Shown one piece after another: positions 31,701-45,161 of a stretch of DNA of 64,000 nucleotides; the first letter of the stretch is position 1, and the number at the start of each line of letters is the position of its first letter. The position numbers were made by a program, and so were the translations under genes. The DNA is from Kudoa neothunni. Taxonomy: Eukaryota > Animalia > Cnidaria. Where the stretch lies: the NCBI GenBank assembly GCA_964304625.1, contig OZ199839.1:28377-92376 (forward strand). The letters run 5' to 3'. The notes below the pieces were generated by a model. That model was not told the DNA's origin. It saw only the letters and a program-made list of their open reading frames with translations, and ran no database searches.

Positions 31701-33239
31701 GTGGTAAATATAGTAGGTAACCGATAATGCGCATTTTCATCAATACGATGTATTCAAAGTTTATATTAGGTGATACGTTTAATAATATTTTTATGATTAT
31801 AAAAAAGTAAAATTCGTAAAAATATTTTTGAATTTAACTAGGAAATTCTCTATTTATTATATCACCTGACTAAACGATAGTATGCATTTTTCCACAAAAC
31901 CACGTAGATTTAATTTTAGTTTATTCAAAAGTTAGGTAAGATTTAAATTCTAGTGGTTGAATTTTGTGAGTTGTTCGTGGTAATGAAAAATTTTTCCAGT
32001 ATGTATCTAAAAGCGCAACAATAATCGTCATCAGACATTTTACAGTACACGCTGTATCCAAATTAAAAAGTCATTCGAACTTTTTTTAATTTTGAGATGT
32101 TTCTGAAATAAAAGCTTGATAAAATTTCAAATCGGCAACAATTTATTGGATGAGCTGAGCCGAGCCGAGCTTTTGGCTGGGTGATTTGATGAAGTAGAAA
32201 AGTTCAAGCTATTTTCAGGTGATAAAATAATTATAAACAAGCGATGAATTGATGTACTAAGGATTGGCTCAACTATTCATTAGGATAGCTTCATAGTCCT
32301 AAAAATGAGTTGGATATATAAATAATGTGTTTTCATTCGTAATCTGCGGACGTTAGTATAAATCTAGGTAATGAGACCTTCACCTAAGTTGTAAATTTGT
32401 TTGAATGTATCTCTTAAAATTTTATATTTACTCAAGACATAGCCATCTAATTTTATCGTAAATGACATGAAAAATTTCGACCTCAGAATAAAAATTATAC
32501 AGGTAAAACATGTTTTATACTAAATTAAATCGAATGGGAGGAAATTAAGGAATGTGATTATAATGACATGAGGTTTACTAGGTGAGCATAAACAGGAGCT
32601 TATGATTATTAGCCAATTTAAAAAATGTATCTGAATTTAGAGTATTAAAATACACCCATGTTTATAAGATTGATTTAGGAATTTGTGAATGGAAAGAAAA
32701 AGTTTTTTGAGTTATTTATCAAAAAATGATCATTTCCATGTAAATAAAAGTAGAATAAATTAATTCATAGACAATGTTAACTGCTAATTAAATAACAATG
32801 TTGCAGGAGCACATAAAAATATTGTAAGGTTAAAGTAAAAAAAATTTCTATATAGCGTTAAAAATAAATAAGAAATAATATAACATTTATAATTTCATAG
32901 AATCAGTTACTTATTAAATTCTATCTCAATATAAAGGGTATAAGCATTTTATCAAAAATATTATTTAAACAGGAATTACAAGTTATTTTCCAGTCAAATG
33001 ATCTTAATAATGTATTCTTAGGTATTCTCATCTAAAAATAAGTTGCATTACCTATTCTGAAAATAAAAAAACCCCACAAAAATAATAGTGCTCCATTTAT
33101 ACTTCGAACTATAGGCTGCAACGTTTAATACGCACTAACAGTTACCCATTGTACTGAATTTTGTCAAACATTGCGAATATTCATTAAGAATGTGTAGCAA
33201 ATAAAAGGTGTCACTCACTCAAATATATATGTGTATATA

Positions 33240-34331
33240 CTAGCGGGAACTGCCGGCGTTGCGTGGGAAGATTTCGCATAGATCCGTTTTTTAATAAGAT
33301 TCAAAAAATATTCTTAAGTTTCAAATTAACTAAAAAAATTTAAGTGACATACTCTCAACGATTTGGATTAGCGAAATTTAAATTACGATCATTTCGATGA
33401 AGAGAAGTATCAATCACAGCGTTCATTTAAAAATTTCGTGCCCCGTCACCAACGCTAAATAATTTATCGTCAGTGTCGTATCTTTCGCATTCCCGAATTA
33501 TTTAAATCCCGTTAAAATGTTATCCTAAACGTCATTTTTGGTCCGGCTCAGGAAGCTTGTGCATCACTGTTTACGAGAGACTATTGAATAGAGAAAGAAA
33601 AAAATTAACGAAAATTGATTTTTTTACTCAAATTATTATCTCTTGGCCCGGCATAAACTTTAGAGCACTCTTTCTCAAAAACGTGTACACATCGCGTCAA
33701 TATCAACTCAACTATTTTAAATAATAAGAAGGAATGAACATACATTGCCTGCATTGAATTAAATCATGGAAAGTTAAACTTAGCTGACGATTTCAATGAA
33801 ATCTACGGATGCAGTATTTCCATTATAATGCTTCAATCAATATGACTTTAACGCTCTCCGCCAATTCGTTATTCACGAAACATATACAAATTTTATACCA
33901 TACCTAAATCGATGAATAAAACTTTTAAAATATACTTATCAAGTCAAATACGTTAAACTCCACAAATAAGGAGTGTATCTGCATGAACACCAAGATAGAA
34001 ACGTCAACCGTATACATAAAGATAGGTGATATCGCTTAATTTAAATTTGATAAAGTATATAAGGAGGAAAGTTAACTTCAACCGACCTTTACAGCCACAT
34101 AAACAGGTGTTGAATTCCAGTAATCAGTTAAATAAACTCTGAATCGACAAAATCACCATTTTCTAAACACTTTCGGGAACATATGGTAGTGTGAGAACGA
34201 TTTAAAGATTTTTTGAAACATTGTGATTTTTTAAAAATTCCTTAAATGTTCCTCTGTAAAGAATAAATTTGGATGCACACGCGTACTTGCTGACACACAC
34301 ACGGACACTTCAACTTTATATATGTAGTAGA
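33240..34331 (-). mobile_element. Non-autonomous Helitron, copy A (~1.09 kb)
   Basis: The minus strand starts A|TCTACTACATATATAAAG and ends with GC-rich gcaacgccggcagttcccg then CTAG|T. Colinear with 48958-50106. Confidence 0.85.
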
Positions 34332-34472
34332 TAACAGTTCAATTTCGTACCAAACATAAGCAAGGAGAACACAGCAAACATCAATACGCTCTCAGCGATA
34401 AAAACGCATCACATACAAATCAAATGTTTAAAAATTTCAGTAAGTAAAATTTTTCATTAAAAATAGTCCCAG

Positions 34473-36150
34473 TCAAGATAATCGTTCAAAATATTTTCTG
34501 TAATATTCGAAAATAAAAGTAGGGATGGTTTTAAGAAAAATCCGCGTTGTTTCTTTTATAAGCTTGGGCACTATCCTACACTAGAAGAACATCATATCAT
34601 TATATCAACAAATGCCCAATCACATACATCGTTGTTGTCCCAGACGGTTATATTGTTGCAAGATAGGATGACATATCTTTCCAGCATCCCACATCTAAAT
34701 AAATTCAACTTCAAATTCAGCATATGCTAATAGAAAGCACTTGGCGGCAAGCGAATAAGGGATCACATGTTTGACGTATTTTCCATCCACCAATGTGAAT
34801 CCAACAGATTCATACTTGGTAGATCGACGAATATCATAATATCTAATAAGAGGACTGGAAAGGACATAATACCGGGTTTTAAAATTCAATAAATTACTGG
34901 TCGATAACCGTCAGTTTTGTTCTTTGTTTATTGGCTAAGAGACGGCCAACTTCTTGCTTCTTCAATCCCGTAACTGGTTCATTATTTATACAAATTAAAC
35001 GATCAAACGTCTTCAACTCTAAAAAAATCAATTTATTGTGTTACTAATAACCAATGTAGGCATTTATTTAAATAAAAATCTATTAAAATTCAACGTTTGT
35101 TCATCTTCTCAATGCTAGAAATTAAAAAAAGTAAACTTATACCAAGTAGCAAAATTAAAAAATTAGTTTTAGGTGAAACAACGCGAAATCTATTATCGAC
35201 CTTTTACATCATCATTATTATATAACAAAAATTATTTTTTATCTAGACAATAAGTAATAAAATTAAACTCAAAACTTGCTGATAATAAACGCCGGTGTAA
35301 GATGTGATCCCCACATTGCATAGCAAACGTACCTGGATTGATAACATTGGAATAACGTAGATCTCGAAAAATAATAATGCCAAACATGGTCCAGACAAAA
35401 ATCAATCCATATTCACCAGTATTTTTGTCTCTTTCCAATGTGATAGTCCTTAAGTTCTACAAAAAATCAACCCCATACAATACACCAACATTTTTCAAAC
35501 CGCGTACATTCATATTGAAATTGTCGGCACAAGTTCCTAAAAACGACGGAAATAAAAAAAAATGTTGAAAACGTAAGCATACCTTCAAACACTGAGGGAG
35601 TGTTCAACTGATTCTTGTTTGGTGGACGTTCAGCAGAGAGATCGCGTTCAGCCGATTGCCATGGAGGTGGGTCCATTGCGTCAATCTACATAACAACAAA
35701 AACAAATGATAAATTGACCATTTGTTGGAGAGTGTTTACGCGAGATTGGTAATACTTATGTAATTCTGAATTAATCTCAGCAATTGGTGATTCATATGGA
35801 GGCAAATGTTGTGGTTGATAACGACTACAACCTGCGGCACAATATCAAAACAATCCAATCAAATCAAACCAAATCATTTCGGTTAAAATTTAAATCAAAT
35901 TAATTGTATCTGTTTGTTGTTTGACTTAGTTACGCTAAGTTAAATGTAGCACTAAGATGGAATTTTTAATTTAGAATCAACTAATGTGATGCGACAAGCA
36001 CTGAAAAAATGCACCATCACTAGACGGCTATTCGTTACCATCATAAAGGTCTGGGTAGATATGTTCTCTTCGGTTGGTCCAATTGCGCGGTATCTTGGTA
36101 AAAAATTATTTAAAATTAAGCAACTTCCAATTTACATCCGAAGCCTTCAT
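34473..36150 (-). CDS. SDCBP: Syntenin-like tandem-PDZ adaptor, ~10 exons
   Basis: Spliced reading: MKASD|IPRNWTNRREHIYPDLYD|GCSRYQPQHLPPYESP...|NLRTITLERDKNTGEYGLIF...|LKTFDRLICINNEPVTG...KLTVID|HPLIRYYDIRRSTKYESVGFTLVDGKYVKHVIPYSLAA|KCGML..ILSCNNITV|...KTIPTFIFEYYRKYFERLS*. It parallels syntenin PDZ1, the DRPF linker, PDZ2 and the PAFIFEH tail. All introns are GT-AG and in phase; the 5' exons are less certain. Confidence 0.8.
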
Positions 36151-38169
36151 TGTATTTATGAGGGAGCTGACCGCAGATAAACGCAAGGAATTAAACCTTA
36201 TTAATAGATGCTTAACAATGTAATCCAATAATTTCAAAGCTCAGCCTAAATAACAAATATGAACATATACACTAAATCTCATCCACCTGTGACAATGATC
36301 CGCACATGTTGAACTACCTCTCATTGGTATTCAAAAACATAAACCATGGTATGGATGCTAAGAAGCGATTTTTTCTAACGGTGTCCCACAACAAACAACA
36401 ACAGGCAGTCAGGAGGCCGAAGGTGTTAACTCTAATCCCTATGGAGTTGATTTTTTAGGTATACACAAATTAGGTGGGCTAAGTTTAACGTATACTCTGC
36501 CATTTCGTTAAATTAGAGAGCCTATATTCACTAAAACCGATCACATTGGAAGAATTATCATTGAATAGCTAAAAACCCACGTTATACCCCTCCATATATC
36601 ATCATTAGGCGTATATAGATAGAAAATACTAGACTGATCGAATAAAACCGTGAATCCATTATTGAAAATATTTAAATCCGCAATGATTCATTAAAATTAA
36701 ATTAAAAGTGTGAATAATTTCAAGTTTTGACCGATATGATTTTTTTGAAATGTAAACAATCTAAAAGAAATCTTCTTTCCATTACTGTCAAATTCTCACA
36801 ACACGAGTCTTAAAAAACGGCGAGGATTAAAGCGTATATAAGGAACGATCTTGAGAATATTTAGTTGTTTAAATTAAATAGTTCCATAATTAAATTTTTA
36901 ATTCCTTCCTTTTTTAATTCTAATTTTAATTATGATGTGTTTGTTACGAGGGTGAAATATTAGAGTATCTTCAGGCACATACCAAATACTCACTAAAACG
37001 ATATTATCTCTATTTTGACGCCACTACGATTTCGGTCTAATTCAATCTAGCTTATAATGAATAGACATTGATTAAATTATGTATATAGCTTAAAAATTAA
37101 ATAATTAAGATTAATAAATGATTAATTTATTTTTGAAAACATGTTTATATGCGAGGTTGACCTTTTCAAAAAATGCTTGTGTCCGTTCATTTTTTCAGCA
37201 AATTTCATTCATTATATCATAAAAAAGATATCTGAAAATTTAGTTTTTCTTTAACATATAAGTCTATTTTATTAATTAAACAGTTCAAGAAAATATGCGC
37301 AAGATTTAACCCTCGAATACCTGGAAGTGGTCACGATGGCCAATAATCAGCGTTTATTATATCGATAACTTTTAAAAAGTATTTTATTTTATTTTTTCCC
37401 TATGTGAATTTTATAGTGTAGTAGCATTTTTAAAAATACTGAAATAATGGAGTTTTAAATTTAATCTTTTCGCCTAAAATCAAAAAAAGAAAAAAAGGTA
37501 CACATTATACTCAAACATGCCCACTGTATAAATAATAACGTTTAAATTGTTAAAGTGTATAAAAAAGCTTCTCTGCAATAAAATGAAAATTAAAAATGTA
37601 CTTTGAGGCAAGTAATTTTTTTATTTCATTTTTTTGTTTCTATAACAACTTGATTCTGTTAACTAATTTAATCTGCCATCTGAGTCGCGCATATTATAAT
37701 AATTTTGTCAAATCGCATATCAACAAAAAATAGCAAGTTAAATAAAATTGTTTAAATTCTCACATAGACCATCTTATCATAACCTAAAAATTCAAAATCT
37801 AAAAATCCTTAGACTATATATATATATATATATATATTTCTTATTCATAAATTAATTTATAATGCCAAATTTCAACTAATAAAGAACGAATTTATATATT
37901 TAACATTTCTATCAACAGGGGAAGGGATTTGATAATACAATAAAACTTTAGCTGTTAAATGATAATAAAAAGAAAATGTGGAAAATGAAGCAATAATGAA
38001 CAGTTTATGTATTTCCAATTTTTCACTCTTTTCAAAGCATATACAGGCATAATTATACTTGCTCTTTGCACTTGAGCAAATAAGCGTCACAAAAATGCAT
38101 CATTGATGTATTTTTATTAAATTTATTATGTTTAATAATTCAAAAAATAACTAGAATTTCACGTATGGG

Positions 38170-38352
38170 AACGAGAGATGCAAATCGGCTCCCGCCTGTT
38201 ACTGCAGGTTGTCACGTGACTATGCAAGGTACGCAGAATTTAGTTTGCATACCCTGGCTATTACAAAAAATAGAGATGCGTGGAATCGCACCGCACTTGC
38301 CAGTTCCACGCATTTACGTGTGCTCTATATAGGAGGGAGCCGTGAACTCTGC
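38170..38352. other. GC-rich multi-hairpin island with E-box, octamer and TATA-like motifs
   Basis: Inverted pairs cggctccc/gggagccg, tatgcaa/ttgcata and atgcgtggaa/ttccacgcat; palindrome gtcacgtgac at 38211-20; ATGCAAAT at 38178-85. Confidence 0.45.
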
Positions 38353-40926
38353 GCCTATCTTGATTGAAATATTTGAGAATTTTTTATTTATTCATATATT
38401 TTTTTATAATATGTATATTATACACTCACAATTGAAAATTTTTGATTCATCGCGATTGCAAGTTGGCAAATCAGGCATCGCTGGCTTTAATTTTCCAATG
38501 CTTTACACATCTGGACCCATGAAAATTACTCCATATCGAGTTATTCTGGACTATGTTTGATTCTGATTTATATATTTAAACTAATACTGAGATAAATTTG
38601 AACCAGCTATGCACTATAGAAGGTTTCTGAGTTGCAGATTGCCACGTTTTGATTCATCTCTAAAAGATCCATTGCATTCTACGCAAAAAATAAATAGAAT
38701 TCGGAAGATTTCGTCTCCATCTTTAGAAGTTAGGGGTTGAAAATTGTCTCATTCATTTGAATCACTATTGTAATTTTTTGGTTATTCAAGAGTACCATTA
38801 CTCAAATTTTTTTTGCATTGTAAATATTCCAGGAGGACATCTCAAATAGAAATTGAAAATTTCGAATATCAAGATTATTTGATAATTGAAAATTTCGATA
38901 CTGAGGGGATTATCCGAATTTTGGGTAATAACTAGAACGGTGTGCATCTACATCTATTATATATGTAAATTAGAGGACATTGCTAAACTTCTCCAGAGAT
39001 TACTAATATTCTGCATTGAACAATCTTCAAACCATTCCCAAATCCACTAATCCTTTCAAAAAAAAACCCGAATTTATAATTACTAAATAGAAACTCAAAA
39101 TATTATAATAATAATACTTCATTGTAAAAATCTTAAAAAGACTAAATATAATTTTTACAAACCAACTGTTTTCTAAAAAATACCACATAACACATAAACA
39201 TTTATGACGTAATATTTTTATCATTTTATGTTTAATCCATCTTTTTATTTGGTATAATTAGCTTCTTAAAAAAAATGAATCTCAAACATTAATAAAAGAC
39301 AATTTTTGTTTATTAAATTTTAAAGAAATAAAGTCAGAATTTTGACCCTATGCTCATTATAAAAATTTAATAAGTACATTTTTATTAGAAAACAACTCTA
39401 AACTTTTCTATAATTCAAACAAATTAACTAAAAAAATATATATACTGAAGGAATCATTATTTTATCGTTTTTTTATTTTAAAAAGTTAATTACCGATTTA
39501 TAAATAATGATAGAGGGGATAATTTATAATAAGATATGTAAATCTCTTAAAAAGATTAAACAATTAAACTTCCCAAATAAAACGTAATTTGAAATGTTTT
39601 TAAGGCGTAAATATAACTTAGAAGATGACATATGAATCATTAGATTAAGTGAGTTAACATTGGTTTGGGGGAATTTAACGAAGATTTCACGTGCACAGCC
39701 CATGTTGTATTTCTAATTTCGTAGGGATATTAGGTGTTATGATAATTAGCTGAATCTTTGCTCTCGATATCATTTTGATCTTATTATAAAAATCACAAAT
39801 AAATAAATAAATGAAAAAATGAAAAAACTATGGGTCAAAGAATGTTTGTTAGGTGCTTAATTCTAAAATATTACCGGATCTAAAATTAATTTTCTGCAGT
39901 CTAAAGGAACAATTGTTGTTTGTTTGAATTTCCATGGCTTTAAAAATTCTCATCTATTTTTAAAAATTAAATTAAAATATGTGTTAAAAATTACAATCAT
40001 AATTAACAAAATCTGAACATTACTTCCATTATGTGGATTAATACACATAATCCTCAATTTGTTATGTAAAAAGTTTCGTTATTAGCTGAAAATATCTCGA
40101 TGCTCCATTATTCGAATAAAATCTCCACTGAATAATCTTAATAAATCTTGCTGTTCGTTATTTTAATCAAAAAATAAGTAGAATTGATATTTAACTGAAG
40201 TAAAAATAATTTTCACAACCGCCTATCGCAACATTCCTCTATCTTAGATATATTGTAATTTTGCGACGACAAAAAATCGATACTTGTAAATTAGATATCA
40301 ATGAAATAACAGAAAATACAAAATGATCGTTTCCGATCAATACCGACATCCCCACTCGTTCGTAAGAGGTGTCTATTTTTTCGCCCTCTCAACAACTTGT
40401 CAACTATTATCTCGATTAAATTTTCCAAATTTTAATATAGATTATAAATTCACAGTGCGGACTATAATTGACTCATATTTATTTTTTAAGCTACGAGGAT
40501 TTCATATACATGAATATTTTTTAGATCGACATAACAGTTTAACTGATGTCTTAATTTTACAATATTTTATAACATACTATCACACCCTAATTAAAAATTG
40601 AATTTCTTGATAGAATGAAGTTTTTACAATGTCGGATCGGTGAGAAAATGTTGTTGATGCATTAATCATGATCAATGTTGAGTTGTTAATCACAGAAAAT
40701 ACATTATACGTATAAATATTTATGATATCCAACCAAGGTCTAGTAATACTATTGTGTGAAATCAACAGCTTTTTCAAACGTGCTGATTACTAACAACAGA
40801 CGGCGATATCTATTTGCGGTGTTGAAAGTTAATCCGGTTAAGGTTTTTTATTTTAATGTGACAAATAGGCTGAGAAATTTTCTTCACAAATTATAAGTGC
40901 ATGCGCCATTACATCCGATACATACT

Positions 40927-43900
40927 ATGAAAGGGCATGATCCAAAGGAAATGGCACTGAATCTTGTCGACACAAATATATATGAATTTTTTGTGTACGA
41001 CATGCGATGTAAAAAGAATTGTGCCAGTAAGGTGCTGGAAAAACTAAACCAAATCACCGGAATAGAGTCTATTCACATGGATTTTGCCGGTAAAAGATTC
41101 ACACTGAGATACAACGATCAATTGGTTGGCGGAGTAGAGGAAGCGGTCAGGGAAGCGGTCGCGGCTGCCGGCTACACTGCGACTGCTTGTGAGAACAAAA
41201 AATTAGACGACCTTCCATTAGACATCGTTTACCCACTACAACAACAGCCAGATCCGATAAAACAACAGCTCGTCGAAGAAACCAAAATCAGTCTTCACAA
41301 CGTTAATGATGTGAAAGGTGTAAAATTAGGCATATCTGGGATGGAATGCGGGAGTTGTGCAAGCAAAATCGAGAGATATCTAAGATCGTTTTCATGTATA
41401 CATAATCAATGTATTTGGCTGGCTTAATTTAATTGCATGTGTCATTCAGATGTGCACAGCGCCAACGTATCGTTACTTTCTGGAATAGCACAAGTGGAGT
41501 ATGTGGGTGATGGTGCTGTTTTGAATGAGTTGTTGGGTCAAATAAACTCAATGGGTTATGGTGCCAGCGTGATTTCGCATTCAAACTGTAATAACAGAAA
41601 GGTTCGATTGGAGGTAGGTCAATAAAATTAAAGTCGCCACTTAAACTATCACAACCAAAACTAAAATGACTGCGCTAGGTAGAGGACATGGACCCCTACG
41701 ATGATGTGGATAGTTTTGTGATCGAGCTGACGAACAATTTTCCCTCTATTGAAGATGTAAATTTCAATAAAGATCAACTATCTTTTGTTGTCACTTACGA
41801 TAAAAATAAAGTCAAAATAAGAGACGTGTATTGGTTTTTTTGTAAGAGATTTGGTGGCGGTGTGAAGGTAATCCGTCTCACCTCGTACACATCCATCATT
41901 GACAACTATAACAAGACCATCACGTTGTATGTTGTGTTATTACTCAAATCTACCAATACATTCCAATTTACATCTGTAGATGGAGAAATATGTTCATTCA
42001 ATCTTGTGTGTACGGTGTACCATCAATGGTGATAATGTTGGTACAAATGTTGTATGAGAAAGCAGAAGATTTTACTGTTCTACCCGGTCTATCGATACTT
42101 AACTGTATAATGTTTTTGTTGTGTTTATTTTCGCAGGTGATTATCATTAACAAATAATTTTGGTTTATATTTTTATTTTTGGAGTGTATAAATAAATCTA
42201 CTAACCTATATTTGTGTATATTCATATATATTTATATCGATTATGATCAGGTTGCCGTTGGCAGATACTTCTACTATCTCTCGTATAAAGCAGCGAAAAG
42301 AAAGTCGGTCAATATGTTCACGTTAATTTCTATCGCTTCAATTGTGGCCTTTCTATACAGTGTAGGTTATATTTTAAACTGTGCGTTATAACAACGCGTA
42401 TTTCTTATTGTCATTGTGGGAATAATAGGTGGTTGTTGTGCTGATTAAAATAGCCAAGAGAGATAATACTAGGAAACATTTATTTTTCGAAACTCCGCAA
42501 ATGTTGGTGTTGTTTGTTTCGCTGGGGAAATTTCTGGAGACAATTGCCGAAAAACGCACCACTGATGCTATTCAAAAGCTGATCGATATGGAACCGAAAT
42601 CAACCATTCTTATTCTGCCTACCGAATCGGAAATAGACCAACCAACTGACAACCAACTTTCACAGGAACTGGATAATGTGGAAAAATGGATTCAATATTT
42701 TGGATTGTCCCATTCAAAATATAGGTTGGTTCGAATGAAAACATCACAATGCTATACATGCTCCTTTTAGACAACAAGATATCGATTGTTCGGTTATAGA
42801 TCGATATGATATTTTGAAGGTGAAACCAGGCGAAAAAATACCCGCCGATGGAATCATTGTTCAAGGTCATAGTGAAATCGATGAAAGTTTACTCACTGGC
42901 GAATCCAATGCTGTCCCTAAAACCATAAGGGATAAAGTCTATGCTGGTTCTATCAATTGCCAGTCGTCAATTATGATCTTTGTCACCGATTCTGGTGACG
43001 ATTTAGCTATAGAACAGTTAGCCGCCTTTATCAATCAAGCCACTCTTAAGAAAGTAATTTCAACATTATACATGTGTAGTAAAATTCCATATTTTAGGCT
43101 CCTATCGAAGAACTTGCCAACAAAATCTCCTTCTACTTCGTACCTGTTATTTTGGGATTGTCTTTGGTCACTTTGGTATCTTGGTTGATTGTGCTGAGTT
43201 TGGTTGATATGGTAAATGTTATTAAATTTTTCGTTAGTAGTAATTATTATGTAGAATGAGTTCCTGAATAATAATCGTATTTCCTACTCATTCCAAGCGG
43301 CAGTGTCGGTGTTGTGCGTTGCCTGCCCGTGCGCGCTTGGTCTCGCCACCCCCACAGCTGTTATGGTTGCCACTGGTGTTGGAGCGTTAAACGGGCTTCT
43401 TATAAAAGGTGGCAGTTCCATAGAAAATCTATGCAAAGTAGTGAAATTGTTAGTCCATTGACAATTTTTCTTGATGGTTAGGTGACAACTGTTGTGTTTG
43501 ACAAAACAGGAACCCTCACCAATGGCACTCCCTCCTGCAAAGGACATTACCTCAATAGACATCTGTTTGATATCGCATCTATAAAAGAAAATATTCTTAT
43601 GAGAATAATATTGTCTATGGAATCCCAATCCAAACATCCAATTGCTTTAGCTATTTCCAATTATATCAGGGAGGTATTTATAAAACTTTTTGATATTCAT
43701 AGTTTTTTTTGTTGATACTATATCGTAGCTTTGATTAATTTATTTTTAATTCAGTCAATTTAATCTTGATTTATTCTTTGAAAATGACTGATATCTTAAA
43801 CATGGAATCTAGTTAAATTTACTACACATAATGGTTTGATATTATTATGCATAATATTGATTAAAATTTTTATGGTCGTTAATTTTTTTAAATTGGGATA

Positions 43901-45161
43901 TATTTAGAAATTCGCCGAAGTTGATATCATACAAAACCTACAGGTTAACCAAATACATGGGCAGGGTTGTGAAACTACGTTGAAAAATGTTTTTATCGAC
44001 GTTGACACCTCCCTTAATTCGCCTTTAAACGTGTATATTGGAAACAGAAGGTTGTTAATGGACAAAAATATCCAAATCCATTCGGACATTCTCAAAAGCG
44101 CCTTATTACTCGAACAACATGGGCATACTATTGTTTTTATTTCGATTGACTGTATTTGATTTCAATTTAATCTAATATTTTAATCAATTTCAAATGTAGG
44201 TAATTGTCTTGGCTACTTTGATATTTATGACGAAATCAAACCATATGCACACTTTACAATCACCACACTTAGAGAACAATTCCACATAAAAGTTATCATG
44301 ATAACCGGCGATAGTGAAATCACAGCAAAAACCGTAGCCAGTCAACTTGGTATCGTCGATTACTATTCAACCGCACTACCCACTATGAAAGTTAATCATG
44401 TTATTGAGTTAAAAAACAATGGAGAGATAGTTGCCATGATCGGCGATGGAATTAACGACTCCATGGCGCTTAGTGAAGCTCACGTTGGAATTTCATTGTG
44501 TGGGGCTTCGTCGATCGCTATCGAATCTGCAGATATTGTACTCTCTCATGTAATTCTACGATCAATTATACTCATTATTTAACCCTGATCTGTTTTTGTT
44601 AATAAATTTATATATATATATGAATGTATATATATATGAATGTATATATATATATGAATGTATGTATGTATGTATGTGGCATAAAGATGATTTGATTTTA
44701 CTGTAAAATTACATTTTTAACTAATGTATCAATTTTATATTGATATAAATTATGATCTGTCGAAGAAAATTGTTTATTTTTTTATCTCTAAAATAAATAA
44801 TAATCGTTATTATTATAAGATTTGTTGAGGTAATAATATATCTTAAACATTCTATAGAACAATTTGCTCGATATTTTGAATGCAATCGAACTCTCCAAAA
44901 AGACACTTAGAAGAATTAAAGTGAACCTATTCTTTTCTCTAATATATAACCTATTGGCTGTGCCAATATCAGCGGGATGTTTGATTCCCGTGGCGGTTTA
45001 TATCGAACCATGGATGGCCTCATTTGCTATGGCATCTTCGTCCATTTCGGTCGTGTTGTCATCTTTATGGCTGAAAAGGTTGTTCCTAATTCACTGATGT
45101 TCCGTTTGATAACTTTTCTATTTTTAGGTACAAAAAACGATACACCCCGAAAACTATTTGA
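40927..45161 (+). CDS. ATP7: Copper-transporting P1B-type ATPase (ATP7A/B-like), 14 exons
   Basis: HMA domain [82 protein letters not shown] and MASSS. Ends [11 protein letters not shown] (TGA 45159-61). 13 GT-AG introns in phase. Confidence 0.96.
44608..44677. repeat. Compound (TA)n/(GAATGTATATATATAT)/(TATG)n repeat in an ATP7 intron
   Basis: Read directly. Confidence 0.85.

Noticed and set aside
35232-35330. MQCGDHILH as the PDZ1 GD motif
   Set aside because: A donor at CCA G|gtacgt and the downstream exon LKTFDRLICINN give a better in-phase PDZ1, so this stretch is intronic.
36352-36370. U2 snRNA 5' end (ATCGCTTCT on the minus strand)
   Set aside because: The similarity stops after about 9 nt, and there is no GTGTAGTA branch-pairing region.
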